A stretch of DNA of 64,000 nucleotides from positions 1 through 64,000 of IMG/VR virus record IMGVR_UViG_3300046011_007348; one strand, written 5' to 3'. The translations under genes were made by a program, and so were the position numbers. The notes beneath the pieces are model-generated. The model did not search any database. It was not told the origin of the DNA and saw only the letters and a program-made list of their open reading frames with translations. Every line of letters starts with the position of its first letter. Positions within the stretch are counted from its first letter, which is position 1. This DNA is from a virus (Duplodnaviria; Caudoviricetes). Positions 29,888 through 38,962 of this stretch are shown here, in pieces.

Positions 29888-30601
29888 ATGCCGTGGCTCT
29901 CTAATCAAGACTGTATTAGTTATGCTCCCAGCATTACTTTGACTGGAGAGCCATTGACTACTGCAATAACTTTAGCTCAAAGTTTAGTGGAAGGAGTTAA
30001 TGGCTCTAACCGTCCATTAGCTCTAACAGAATTTACTAAAATTTTGTCTATACCAAATACTGGAAGAGTGATTGTGCCAATACGTCCACTACTTCCTTCT
30101 CCTGCTCCTGTAATAGAATTAAGAGGGAGTGATACTCCGCCTCGCTTTGGTGTTTATTCTTTACAAGAATGGGAATTACTTACTTTAGATAAAGATTATA
30201 TTATTGATTACGATAACAATGAAGTTGGCTTATTGTCTCTTAGTCGAGTGTTAAGACATGAATATTTTTATCACACTGGATTTAGGAGATATAGTCGCAG
30301 TCCAACAGTTCCTAGACTAAAAAAACAACTTAAAATTACTTATTATTCTGGTTTTAATTTTACAACTAACACAGAGGAAGTTGTAATACTAAAACGTGCT
30401 TTAGCTAGTATTGTGGCTATGAGAATTTCTCCTCAATCACAGGGAGTAAAATCTGTAGATGTTTCTGACGAGAAGTACAAAGTAGAGTATGCATCACAGT
30501 CAGATTATCTTGGAATAAGTGGCAACAAAACTAGTGGTAGCCCAATAAATGAGTTATTATCAATATTTAGAAAATATCGCCCAAGTGAGTACACGTCATG
30601 A
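29888..30601 (+). CDS. Putative head-tail adaptor
   Basis: KITYYSGF..LKRALASIV..GVKS....ELLSIFRKYR pattern; synteny. Confidence 0.6.
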   Translation: MPWLSNQDCISYAPSITLTGEPLTTAITLAQSLVEGVNGSNRPLALTEFTKILSIPNTGRVIVPIRPLLPSPAPVIELRGSDTPPRFGVYSLQEWELLTLDKDYIIDYDNNEVGLLSLSRVLRHEYFYHTGFRRYSRSPTVPRLKKQLKITYYSGFNFTTNTEEVVILKRALASIVAMRISPQSQGVKSVDVSDEKYKVEYASQSDYLGISGNKTSGSPINELLSIFRKYRPSEYTS

Positions 30602-31038
30602 ATATTGAGCAACTTGTCAGTGGCGCGTTAGAACATTTGCCCGATAATTATTTTAGTACAGTTAATTTAGAGTTAAAATTCAACGTTGGCAGTGGTAGTT
30701 TTACAGTAGATCCAGAGACTGGGAATTATGTTCAATCATCTACTCCTACTACACTATTAGTTTCTGCAACTGAATACAAAGATCCAAAAGTGCTGCAAAT
30801 GCCTGGCAGCTACAGTACTAGCTTAATCCAAGTCGAAGGACGGCTGAGTAATCCAAAATTGATGCCAACTACAATCACTGTTCAATCTGTTGGTACAGCT
30901 AAACTAACTAATAACGATGGTTCTATATTTCAAGGAACTTGGAAGTTCATAGCTATTACACAGAACAGAATAAATGCTTACACAACTAAAAGAGGTACGT
31001 TAATACGAGGTACTATAACGCTGCCAACAGCAGTCTAA
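30598..31038 (+). CDS. Putative head-closure protein
   Basis: VDPETGN motif; synteny. Confidence 0.5.
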   Translation: MNIEQLVSGALEHLPDNYFSTVNLELKFNVGSGSFTVDPETGNYVQSSTPTTLLVSATEYKDPKVLQMPGSYSTSLIQVEGRLSNPKLMPTTITVQSVGTAKLTNNDGSIFQGTWKFIAITQNRINAYTTKRGTLIRGTITLPTAV

Positions 31039-31057
31039 ATAATTTTTCAGAAAACTA

Positions 31058-31086
31058 TTGACAGGGATAAAATAGGATGCTATATT
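31058..31086 (+). promoter_or_regulatory. Sigma70-type promoter with extended -10
   Basis: TTGACA-N17-TATATT, TGn before the -10. Confidence 0.75.
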
Positions 31087-31092
31087 AATTTT

Positions 31093-31233
31093 ATTCGATA
31101 AGCAATAGGCAAATTCTATGTTTGATTACGATTATCCCGAACGGGATAAAAAAGACAAACAGTAAGCTCTAACTTACTAACTTGCAATAGCTACACCACA
31201 ACACAAATGGGGCCTCCGCAAGGAGGTTTTTTT
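31093..31233 (+). ncRNA. Candidate small RNA (~140 nt)
   Basis: Own promoter, two hairpins, C/A-rich single strand and terminator; only a 15-codon ORF inside. Confidence 0.5.
31212..31233 (+). terminator. Intrinsic terminator
   Basis: CCTCC-GCAA-GGAGG followed by T7. Confidence 0.85.
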
Positions 31234-31236
31234 ATT

Positions 31237-31455
31237 ATGTCAAACGTAGATCACCCACAGCATTACACAGCAAGTTCAGTTGAATGCATTGATGCAATTG
31301 CAGCAGCTTTATCTCCGGAAGAGCTAAGAGGATTCATCAAAGGCAATGTCATCAAATACTTATGGAGAAGCGAACACAAGAATGGTAATGAAGATTTACA
31401 GAAAGCTTTATGGTACTTAAATTGGTATGTCAATAAAATCAAAAATCCATCATAG
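31237..31455 (+). CDS. DUF3310 / T7 gp1.7-like protein
   Basis: VDHPQHY..ECIDAI..GFIKGNVIKYLWR..KNG.EDLQKA.WYL. Confidence 0.88.
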   Translation: MSNVDHPQHYTASSVECIDAIAAALSPEELRGFIKGNVIKYLWRSEHKNGNEDLQKALWYLNWYVNKIKNPS

Positions 31456-32398
31456 AGTTTTTGTGTAATTTTCCATTTACCACCTTATATTGCTTTAGCC
31501 AGTTATAGGCAGTAGATTGGCAAACACCTAAATAGAGTTTGCACCATGCGAATGATTTGCCATTAGAAAGTGCGTTTAAGACTGTTATCTTGACATTGTC
31601 ATCGTAAGAAGGCCTGCCAATTTGTAATGGATTTTCAACAAACTGACTTTGGCAACTTTTGCATAAATATTGCTGCCTATTTCCTCTTTTCCCGTTCTTG
31701 ACAACATTTTTGCTTAAACAGCTAGGACAAACAACAATATCGTTGACTACATTTTTAAGTAGTTCTATACCTTCAGATTCTAGTTGTTTAATTTGGTATA
31801 CTGACAAATTTAATAATGACTTAATATCTTGTATTTTATAATCTTCAATATAAATTAATCTAAGTATTTGTGCGTGCTTGCTTGGAATTTTAGCTAGTAT
31901 TATCTCTAATTCATCGATAGTAGAGTTATCAAAGTAACTGATTTCAGGAAGTTCTATGTGAATTTTATCATGAGCTATCGCAGCTTCTTTGGCGGTTAAT
32001 TCTGAAATAGTCAAGTCCCTAGCTGATTGTTCATAAGTAATGCCTTTCTTTTTAGCATTACGCATTATTTTCTGATAAATGTCTTGGATATTCCTAGGGA
32101 TTTTAACTAATCTGTCCTTGTCCCGCAGGAACATTAGCATATATCCATTTATAAAAGGAACAGCAAAGCTGGACAACTTTTTAGACTTTTCAGGATTATA
32201 TCTTTCAATAGCTTGAATTAATCCTAGACACCCAATTTGTACTAAATCCTCTAATGGAACAGAGCAAGACTTCTGGACTTTTTGAGCAACAGAGTAGACA
32301 AGTCCTAAATTCTTTTCTACAATCTTATTTCTTATTTTTATGTCTTTACTCTCGTAGTATTTGATTAGCAGCTGTTGGTTAACATCAAAATTCATCAC
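31439..32398 (-). CDS. Phage sigma-70-family (SigF/group 3-like) factor fused to IS1 InsA-like Zn-ribbon + HTH
   Basis: RNKIVEKNLGLV, EDLVQIGCLGLIQAIERYNP, SSFAVPFING..LRD..VKIPR; C-terminal CPSC..VVKNG..QQYLCKSC..ST.YNW. Confidence 0.88.
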   Translation of the reverse strand: MMNFDVNQQLLIKYYESKDIKIRNKIVEKNLGLVYSVAQKVQKSCSVPLEDLVQIGCLGLIQAIERYNPEKSKKLSSFAVPFINGYMLMFLRDKDRLVKIPRNIQDIYQKIMRNAKKKGITYEQSARDLTISELTAKEAAIAHDKIHIELPEISYFDNSTIDELEIILAKIPSKHAQILRLIYIEDYKIQDIKSLLNLSVYQIKQLESEGIELLKNVVNDIVVCPSCLSKNVVKNGKRGNRQQYLCKSCQSQFVENPLQIGRPSYDDNVKITVLNALSNGKSFAWCKLYLGVCQSTAYNWLKQYKVVNGKLHKNSMMDF

Positions 32399-32469
32399 AT
32401 TAACACAAATGTTACATATTTATGTTACTTTAAAAATGGCAACTTTATAGGTAAACTATTCAGGAAACT

Positions 32470-32877
32470 ATGAAAGCTATTTGGAATAAAAATATTAATA
32501 TTTCTCCTAAGACTGCTACTTATACTTGGAGTGCAAATTACGCTCCTATTGTTCATGAAGGCGGTACGAGAAAGGATGGAAGTGATTTACCTGCTCGTCC
32601 CTGGGTTTGGAGAACCGTAGGATTAAATGGACAGGAAAGACGTTATGATATTGTACAGGATTTCAATGATAAAATACGTACAGCAAATAGTTTCGATGAA
32701 TTGTTTGAGGACATTGCAACTGAACTTAATAGTGAATTTAGGAAGACTATAGAAGCTGAAATATTTGCATGGGATGCAACGACAAAAAGGAAAAATAGCT
32801 CTACAGTTACGTCTCCAAGAAATATTGTTGATTTAGGAAATTTAAGAAACTCTCAATCTATGTCTATACAGCCATGA
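32470..32877 (+). CDS. HK97 gp10-like tail completion protein
   Basis: YAPIVHEG..PARPW and VDLGNLRNS motifs. Confidence 0.65.
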   Translation: MKAIWNKNINISPKTATYTWSANYAPIVHEGGTRKDGSDLPARPWVWRTVGLNGQERRYDIVQDFNDKIRTANSFDELFEDIATELNSEFRKTIEAEIFAWDATTKRKNSSTVTSPRNIVDLGNLRNSQSMSIQP

Positions 32878-33248
32878 ATGTAGCTGAATTAAACACACAA
32901 CTAAGAACGCTATTAAGCACAGAGTTAGGAGTATACAGCAACGGTACTCCTAGTATTTGGGTGTATGGTTCAACAAGCAGTCCACCATCTGTAAGTAATG
33001 GATTGGAGTGCTTAATACGTCAGAATCCGATTGGATATGCCGGCGGATCTAGTGCTGGGCAAAGATATAAACCGCAGCAGTGGGAGATAATTCTTAAGAA
33101 TTGGAAGCGAGATTCTAATTTAATAAAAGCAATATCTAAAATAGAGCAACGTTATTGTGTTATGTCTTTGACACACATACCATTTAGCAATGAATTTATA
33201 GAACAGGCAACTATTTTTATTAAAGATCCAATTTTTATTAACACTTAG
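32874..33248 (+). CDS. Putative tail terminator
   Basis: Size and synteny before the tail tube genes. Confidence 0.45.
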   Translation: MNVAELNTQLRTLLSTELGVYSNGTPSIWVYGSTSSPPSVSNGLECLIRQNPIGYAGGSSAGQRYKPQQWEIILKNWKRDSNLIKAISKIEQRYCVMSLTHIPFSNEFIEQATIFIKDPIFINT

Positions 33249-33286
33249 TCTTGGCAACTATTACAAAAGAAGTATAGGGGATTTAT

Positions 33287-34495
33287 ATGCCTTTAGCAAC
33301 TAGTTCTTTAATATTACAGAATACAAGCTTAGATTTAATTTTATTACCTACAAGAGACGCGCTTTTTGGTGCAGTAGATAGATCTGTATCAACAGTCAAA
33401 ATTAAAGCTGGGACTACAGCTACTACAGTTGACATAGGCGCTACTAGTTTAAGCTTGCAATCTGACAGCCCAATTTTTGTAAAGCAGGGAACGTCATTAT
33501 CTTTCTCTGGAGACTCAACTAACAAATTTAGAAGACAAGTAATTATCAATGAAGATGTTTTACTGAATAATACTCCAAAAGCTGTTAGGGTATATCCTTT
33601 ATTGCGCCCAATAGTTTCTACTGCTGCTTTAATAGATGCTGAAACAGTTGGTGTGGCTAACTTACGGTTTGCTAAAAATTATAAAAATAGCAGCACTATT
33701 TCAGTTACGAGTTCTTCTACATTATTAACGGCGAGTACAGGCAATTTTGCAGCAGTAGAAGTTGGAGATACAGTATCTCAAGGTGCCTTTGTTGCCACTG
33801 TAGTGTCTAAGAGAAGTAATACTGTATTAACAATTAGCACAGCTCCAGCCACTGCTTTTTCAAATACATCAGTAGTATTCGCTTCTAACTCGGCAGCTCC
33901 TCTTCTTTCTAGTATTAGTTCTATAACAAACACTTCAGGTAGTGCAAGTTTAAGCGGTTCAAACGATCTTTTTGCTTTGGTAGAGGTTGGAGATTTAGTA
34001 AGTGGGACAGGTGTGGCTGATGATACTTATGTATTATCAAAGCAAAGTAATAACTCTATAACTCTTAATAAAGCATCTACTAGTGGAATTACTAGTGCAA
34101 CTTTTATTTCTCGTATTGCTTCAACACCATTAACTGGTATCCAAACACTTGATTTGAATAATCAAGAAACTCAAGTTGATACTACTCACTTTGGCTCTGG
34201 CGCTGGCACTGAAGCTGCAATTGTTAGATTTAATAGAAGCTACTCTGCATCTGGCATTGCGTTAATTGGTGATGAAGCATTAGAAAGAATTGTAAAAAGA
34301 GTAGCTGGATTTGACAATGCTTTCTTGGGCAGAGAAGTATATGCTATTGCAACTACGTCCGATGGAGAAGCTATCGAAGGTGCTGCAAAAATCATGGCAT
34401 TAAACTTGCCTGCCAACCAAAACGAAGTTAAGAAATACTCTTTCACTCTTATGTATCAAGGCAATGCTGCTTGGGTACAACCTTACTCTTATTAG
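33287..34495 (+). CDS. Tail tube (major tail) protein paralogue 1 with beta-rich insertions
   Basis: C-terminal ETQVDTTHFGSG..YSASG..EVKKYSFTL.YQG tube-like domain. Confidence 0.65.
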   Translation: MPLATSSLILQNTSLDLILLPTRDALFGAVDRSVSTVKIKAGTTATTVDIGATSLSLQSDSPIFVKQGTSLSFSGDSTNKFRRQVIINEDVLLNNTPKAVRVYPLLRPIVSTAALIDAETVGVANLRFAKNYKNSSTISVTSSSTLLTASTGNFAAVEVGDTVSQGAFVATVVSKRSNTVLTISTAPATAFSNTSVVFASNSAAPLLSSISSITNTSGSASLSGSNDLFALVEVGDLVSGTGVADDTYVLSKQSNNSITLNKASTSGITSATFISRIASTPLTGIQTLDLNNQETQVDTTHFGSGAGTEAAIVRFNRSYSASGIALIGDEALERIVKRVAGFDNAFLGREVYAIATTSDGEAIEGAAKIMALNLPANQNEVKKYSFTLMYQGNAAWVQPYSY

Positions 34496-35255
34496 GAGAA
34501 TAAATCATGCCTTTAGCTACCGCGTCTCAGATTTTACAGTCTTTTTCTCTTGAAATGATGCTTTTGCCATTAGATGCTTTTGGTGCTGCCGATAGATCTT
34601 CTACTGGGTATTCAACTGCAACTATTAGCACAACTGGTGCTGCTGTAGGTGCTACGTCTTTAAGCATAACTACTAGTTCCGCTGTTACTGGTACTTCAAC
34701 AAACTTTGCTATTAATGCTGGGACAGCTTTATCTTTTGCTGCTAGCGGCGCAAAATCTAGGCAACAAGTCGTAGTAACCCAAGATCTTCAAAGTATTTTA
34801 ACTACATCTACGACAATTTCTATTTCCCCATTACTTCGCCCAATAGCAGCATCATCAACTGCTACTTTGATTTATCAATCATCAACTAATATTACTGATA
34901 AGGGCGCTACAAAGCTATTGCCATTAAGTGGTATTCAAACACTTGATTTGAATAATCAAGAAACTCAAGTTGATACTACTCATTTTGGCTCTGGCGCTGG
35001 CACTGAAGCTGCAATTGTTAGATTCAATAGAAGTTATTCTGTATCTGGAATTGCATTAATTGGTGATGAATGCTTAGAAACTGTTGTTAAAAGAGCAGCT
35101 GGTTTTGATAACGCTAGACTTGGCAGAGAAGTGTATGCAATTACAACAATGCCTGATGGCGAAAGAATTGCTGGTGTTGCAAAAATCATGGCACTAAACT
35201 TGCCTGCTAACCAAAACGAAGTTAAGAAATACTCTTTTACATTAATGTATCAAGG
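34136..35255 (+). repeat. Near-identical DNA blocks shared by tube paralogues 1 and 2 (34136-34239 = 34930-35033; 34384-34461 = 35178-35255)
   Basis: 104-bp block with 3 synonymous mismatches and 78-bp block with few mismatches, both at offset 794. Confidence 0.9.
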
Positions 35256-35295
35256 TTCTATTTACGAATGGACTGCTCCTTACTCTAATTTTTAG
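34507..35295 (+). CDS. Tail tube protein paralogue 2
   Basis: MPLAT start and C-terminal domain shared with paralogue 1. Confidence 0.65.
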   Translation: MPLATASQILQSFSLEMMLLPLDAFGAADRSSTGYSTATISTTGAAVGATSLSITTSSAVTGTSTNFAINAGTALSFAASGAKSRQQVVVTQDLQSILTTSTTISISPLLRPIAASSTATLIYQSSTNITDKGATKLLPLSGIQTLDLNNQETQVDTTHFGSGAGTEAAIVRFNRSYSVSGIALIGDECLETVVKRAAGFDNARLGREVYAITTMPDGERIAGVAKIMALNLPANQNEVKKYSFTLMYQGSIYEWTAPYSNF

Positions 35296-35323
35296 TATGG
35301 CTTACTAAAAGCTAGGGGGATAA

Positions 35324-36052
35324 ATGGCTTCTACTTCGCAACCACTAAGAAGTTGCTGCTTAGAAATATTGCTGCTTGACGTTAATTCTGATGGCAGCAC
35401 TATTACTGATTTATTTAAGACAGAAATAGAAGTAGTAGAGACGGCAAACATCTCTGCTACTTCTGTTAAACTGCGCAGTTATACTGATGTATTCTTACCT
35501 GCTGGCACTTCTCTATCTTTTGTTAATCCAGACGCTGACGGCATAAATACATACAGAAAGCAAATTATATTAACAGAAGACACAACGATAGAAGAATTTA
35601 CTACAACTGTTAAAATCTATCCTTTACCTTATTTTTTGCGGCAAGGTGATATAGCAGAAGCCATAGAAGGAATTTTGCCATTATTTGGATTGCAAACAAT
35701 TGATTTATCTTCTCAGGAAACTCAAGTAGAAACAACAAATTTTCGCTCTGGAAAAGGCGTAAATAATGCTTTTGTAAGATTAGCTAAAACATGTAATGTT
35801 ACTGGCATAGCATTGGCAGGAGACAGAGCATTAGAAACTATAGTAAAACCAGTTGGTATTTTCTCTAGTGAACTATTTGGCAGGGACGTATATGTAGCTG
35901 TTACAATGCCAAATGGCGAGCGATTTGAAGGTATAGCTAAAATAGGATCTATGGCATTACCAGCTAATCAAAATGATGTTCAAAAATTTAGCTTTACTTT
36001 ACTATTCCAAGGTGAAGATTTTGTTTGGCATCCTCCCTTCATTTTTAGTTAA
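35324..36052 (+). CDS. Tail tube protein paralogue 3 (divergent)
   Basis: GLQTIDLSSQETQVETTNF..LPANQNDVQKFSFTLLFQG. Confidence 0.62.
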   Translation: MASTSQPLRSCCLEILLLDVNSDGSTITDLFKTEIEVVETANISATSVKLRSYTDVFLPAGTSLSFVNPDADGINTYRKQIILTEDTTIEEFTTTVKIYPLPYFLRQGDIAEAIEGILPLFGLQTIDLSSQETQVETTNFRSGKGVNNAFVRLAKTCNVTGIALAGDRALETIVKPVGIFSSELFGRDVYVAVTMPNGERFEGIAKIGSMALPANQNDVQKFSFTLLFQGEDFVWHPPFIFS

Positions 36053-36095
36053 TCCATGATATTATTATTGTGCAACTAATTTGGTACAACAATAA

Positions 36096-36338
36096 TTGAA
36101 AATACTAACTGATAACACACGAGTGCTAGCAATTCTGGTAAACTGTAGACAAAACGGCAATAAATTATTGTGTGGAGCAGCAGTTTTTAAGGGCGGATTA
36201 TCAGGAAACATAAAAGTATACGATATATCAGATCCTTCTGTGTCGTTTACTATCAAAGTCCCGGAGTCAGTTGCTTTAGTTGCTACAACAGAAACATTTG
36301 CTGATTACTACGATTCGTTTGAACTATTATTGGTGTAA
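36096..36338 (+). CDS. Hypothetical tail-region protein
   Basis: TTG-start ORF filling the operon gap. Confidence 0.5.
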   Translation: MKILTDNTRVLAILVNCRQNGNKLLCGAAVFKGGLSGNIKVYDISDPSVSFTIKVPESVALVATTETFADYYDSFELLLV

Positions 36339-36343
36339 TAAAC

Positions 36344-37108
36344 ATGCTGCCATTAATTCAAAAAAAAAGTTTACCAGAAATTATCAAAGTCGGAACTGAT
36401 GAATCTGGATATTTGTATTTAGCTAAAACAAAATCTATCACAGTTGGGGAGAGGCAAGAACTATCTGAACACGAAAGAAAGCGTGGGCAAGGTAGCGTAA
36501 TGGCATCAAATCTAATTAACAAAATTGCCAAAGAAAAAAGCATCAGCACAGTTGAAGCACGTAATCTACTTGGTGGTATTGATAACTTAGATAATAGTCA
36601 AATTGTGGAAGAATATGCCAAAGAATTTTACGATTTGTCTACATTTATTGGCTCTGCTGACTTAGATATTAAAGTTGCTGTAGCGCATATCATTATTAAG
36701 AATAGAGTTGCTTACCCAATCAAAGTTGCTGTAGATGGCAACATAAATGACAAGAAGTTAACAGTTGAACCATTAACAGTTAATTTAACACATAGGCAAG
36801 GCATTAGAATAGGCAGTAGCTACATTATTGCTGAAGGAAATTATGAAATAGATAACACGTTGATTAAAACGCAGCCATTACCAGCTTCTATTAAAGCAGG
36901 CAGTGTTGGATTTTTGTCCTCTAATTATTTCTATGTGCTTGGAAGTTCTGAGTGGACACTAGAAATGACTAAGCAGCTAGATGAAATTCTTATTAACGAT
37001 ATTTATGACTTCTTCCAAAATGAATCTAACAGATGGGAATCTGTAGAGACAGTTGTACAAGATGAGCCGGGGGAGGACAAGACTCAACTAGCGTTACCGA
37101 TGGAATAG
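36344..37108 (+). CDS. Tail assembly chaperone (gpG-like)
   Basis: After tube genes; ends near slippery G-GGG-GAG. Confidence 0.6.
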   Translation: MLPLIQKKSLPEIIKVGTDESGYLYLAKTKSITVGERQELSEHERKRGQGSVMASNLINKIAKEKSISTVEARNLLGGIDNLDNSQIVEEYAKEFYDLSTFIGSADLDIKVAVAHIIIKNRVAYPIKVAVDGNINDKKLTVEPLTVNLTHRQGIRIGSSYIIAEGNYEIDNTLIKTQPLPASIKAGSVGFLSSNYFYVLGSSEWTLEMTKQLDEILINDIYDFFQNESNRWESVETVVQDEPGEDKTQLALPME

Positions 37109-37479
37109 ATTGGAAAAAACTGTATTGGCGTATTCAATCTTATCAAATCAAAGATAGAAGATTTAGTGACTGGGAAACTTATTTGCAGCAGCCAGATTAT
37201 GTAGTATTTGAATGTATTACTGAGATGGAATCTTTACGCATGGCTCAGTCAAACATTGACTCTAGAGTTCATGCAATTGGCTGGGCTGGACTATTCAATG
37301 GATTCAAAGGAAAGGAAGATCCATCTATTGATTACACTGAATTGTTGCCTTTTCCAAATCAAGCCCACAATCCAAAATGCAAATTGAGTGATGTCACAAA
37401 AGCGATTATTAACGAAGCTATACGTAAAAAAGATTTACCATTGATTTCGTTGACTAGCTTAGCTCTACTGTTAAATTAA
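37066..37479 (+). CDS. gpT-like -1 frameshift extension of the tail assembly chaperone
   Basis: -1 frame open from 37066 to 37479, spanning GGGGGAG at 37069-37075, no start codon until TTG 37183. Confidence 0.6.
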   Translation, partial: AGGGQDSTSVTDGIDWKKLYWRIQSYQIKDRRFSDWETYLQQPDYVVFECITEMESLRMAQSNIDSRVHAIGWAGLFNGFKGKEDPSIDYTELLPFPNQAHNPKCKLSDVTKAIINEAIRKKDLPLISLTSLALLLN

Positions 37480-37510
37480 AAAGCACTGCTGATAAATGCA
37501 GTGCTTTTTA
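37477..37510. terminator. Bidirectional terminator
   Basis: TAAAAAGCACTGC-N8-GCAGTGCTTTTTA between convergent genes. Confidence 0.85.
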
Positions 37511-37513
37511 GTG

Positions 37514-37672
37514 TTATATAATTATTGCTCCAAACATCAATGCTGCTGCTTCTAGCGATGACTCAATTGTTAGTTTTTTGCCATCGCTAGCGTAGATTTT
37601 TCCACCAACACTCCTGACATAATCAATGAAAGCATTTAGGCTTTCTTTGTGTTCAAATATAACCTGAGTCAT
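37514..37672 (-). CDS. Small hypothetical protein (52 aa, not in ORF track)
   Basis: MTQVIFEHKESLNAFIDYVRSVGGKIYASDGKKLTIESSLEAAALMFGAIII; fills gap before terminator. Confidence 0.55.
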   Translation of the reverse strand: MTQVIFEHKESLNAFIDYVRSVGGKIYASDGKKLTIESSLEAAALMFGAIII

Positions 37673-37688
37673 TACATTTGATGCCCAC

Positions 37689-38024
37689 TTAGAAATAGAA
37701 TTTTAACGCCCACTCTAGAAAGTTGTAAACAACGTTTCTAGTAGTTTCCTGATTGCTTCTTTGTTCAGGAGATAATGTCTCTCCCCCAAAGAAAGAAAGA
37801 GTCTCCTCAGAGAAATTTTGCCATGGTGAGATGGCGTGATCGAATTCCTTGTCAGAATCAATGCCAATTCTGACGTTTTGTCTGATTTGTTGAACTATTA
37901 AGCTATCCAAATCGGACGTTAATTCGGCAAATTGTTCCTCTTCAGTATATCTTTGCCACAAATTATCTGACTTGATTATCTCTCCAAAGTCAAACGAATC
38001 TAGCTCAGTGACTACTTCAATCAT
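37689..38024 (-). CDS. Hypothetical acidic protein
   Basis: GGAGG RBS, operonic. Confidence 0.6.
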   Translation of the reverse strand: MIEVVTELDSFDFGEIIKSDNLWQRYTEEEQFAELTSDLDSLIVQQIRQNVRIGIDSDKEFDHAISPWQNFSEETLSFFGGETLSPEQRSNQETTRNVVYNFLEWALKFYF

Positions 38025-38394
38025 ACAATTTCCCTCCTTTATTTGTTCTCTTTGTACGACTTGTTTGAATTACTTCTCCATCATGAAGCACTACTAAACA
38101 TGCTTCATCTGTTGAGTATATGGTTTTGCCCCCAGTGGCAGGGCATAACAACAACACAAGAATATCAGTGCTGTTGTCTTTGGCTAGCACAATTTCATCA
38201 CCTACTAGCTCAACTCCTCCTTGTGTCCAGCCGACTCCATCAGGAAGAACTCCTTTGGGGACGAAGTCGTCGTACCCATGATACGAAACTTGAATTTCTG
38301 GCGATACATTGATGCCCGTCCCTTGACATTTGCCATCCAGCGTCTGTATGCCGGAAAATTTAATTCCAAATTCATCAATAGTATATGTGTTCAT
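38017..38394 (-). CDS. Hypothetical protein
   Basis: GGAGG RBS, operonic. Confidence 0.6.
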   Translation of the reverse strand: MNTYTIDEFGIKFSGIQTLDGKCQGTGINVSPEIQVSYHGYDDFVPKGVLPDGVGWTQGGVELVGDEIVLAKDNSTDILVLLLCPATGGKTIYSTDEACLVVLHDGEVIQTSRTKRTNKGGKLYD

Positions 38395-38582
38395 TCCTCC
38401 TCCTCCTTCAATATTGTTTGTGCTACCATTAGCAGCGAATATGCTTGCTGCTGAATCTCCTGTTCATCTGTAAACAGATGTTTACAGTATGCGTAGGCAA
38501 GTGAGCCACCTTGCTCACTGCTTACATCAATCCCTTGCTCTTTAGCAAAGTTAACGAATAGATATACATCTCCCAAGTCCAT
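38391..38582 (-). CDS. Hypothetical protein
   Basis: First gene after the minus-strand promoter. Confidence 0.55.
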   Translation of the reverse strand: MDLGDVYLFVNFAKEQGIDVSSEQGGSLAYAYCKHLFTDEQEIQQQAYSLLMVAQTILKEEEE

Positions 38583-38609
38583 GCCAAAATTTAAAACTCA
38601 ATCTATCTA

Positions 38610-38638
38610 ATAGTAGATGATTTTCAGGATAATGTCAA
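38610..38638 (-). promoter_or_regulatory. Sigma70-type early promoter
   Basis: Minus strand TTGACA-N17-TACTAT. Confidence 0.7.
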
Positions 38639-38647
38639 TAGATTATC

Positions 38648-38962
38648 TTATTTTTTCTTATGCAATTGCTTATAATTACGCTGTAGCATTTTAGTGAAAG
38701 CTGGAGTATTTTTATTTTTCCAGACTGGATTATCTTTATTGGTTAACCAGTTAGTAGCAGAGTGGCATATATTCTTATGACAGTATTTGCATACGGGGAA
38801 GATGTTAATTCCGTACCTGTCTCCGGATTTTCTATAGCTAGAATGATGTATTTCTTGACTATCATTGATTTTGCAGCAACAACACTTACCACCAACATTG
38901 CTATGTGCTATTGCTGCTTTCTTTTTATACTTCTTTAGATTGCCATATCTTTGCTGATACAT
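38648..38962 (-). CDS. HNH endonuclease-like protein
   Basis: CCCC..EIHHSSY..NIFPVCKYCH..CH. Confidence 0.75.
   Translation of the reverse strand: MYQQRYGNLKKYKKKAAIAHSNVGGKCCCCKINDSQEIHHSSYRKSGDRYGINIFPVCKYCHKNICHSATNWLTNKDNPVWKNKNTPAFTKMLQRNYKQLHKKK

Noticed and set aside
31093-31233. tRNA, known riboswitch or Yfr1
   Set aside because: No cloverleaf or T-loop, no recognisable aptamer consensus, and the Yfr1 motif ACUCCUCACAC is not matched exactly
31439-31729. Active IS1 element
   Set aside because: Only the InsA-like part is present, fused in frame; no DDE ORF or terminal inverted repeats seen
34136-35255. Near-identical blocks as a DGR template/variable repeat pair
   Set aside because: Mismatches are mostly C/T synonymous rather than adenine-specific, both copies are in coding cores, and no reverse transcriptase is in the window
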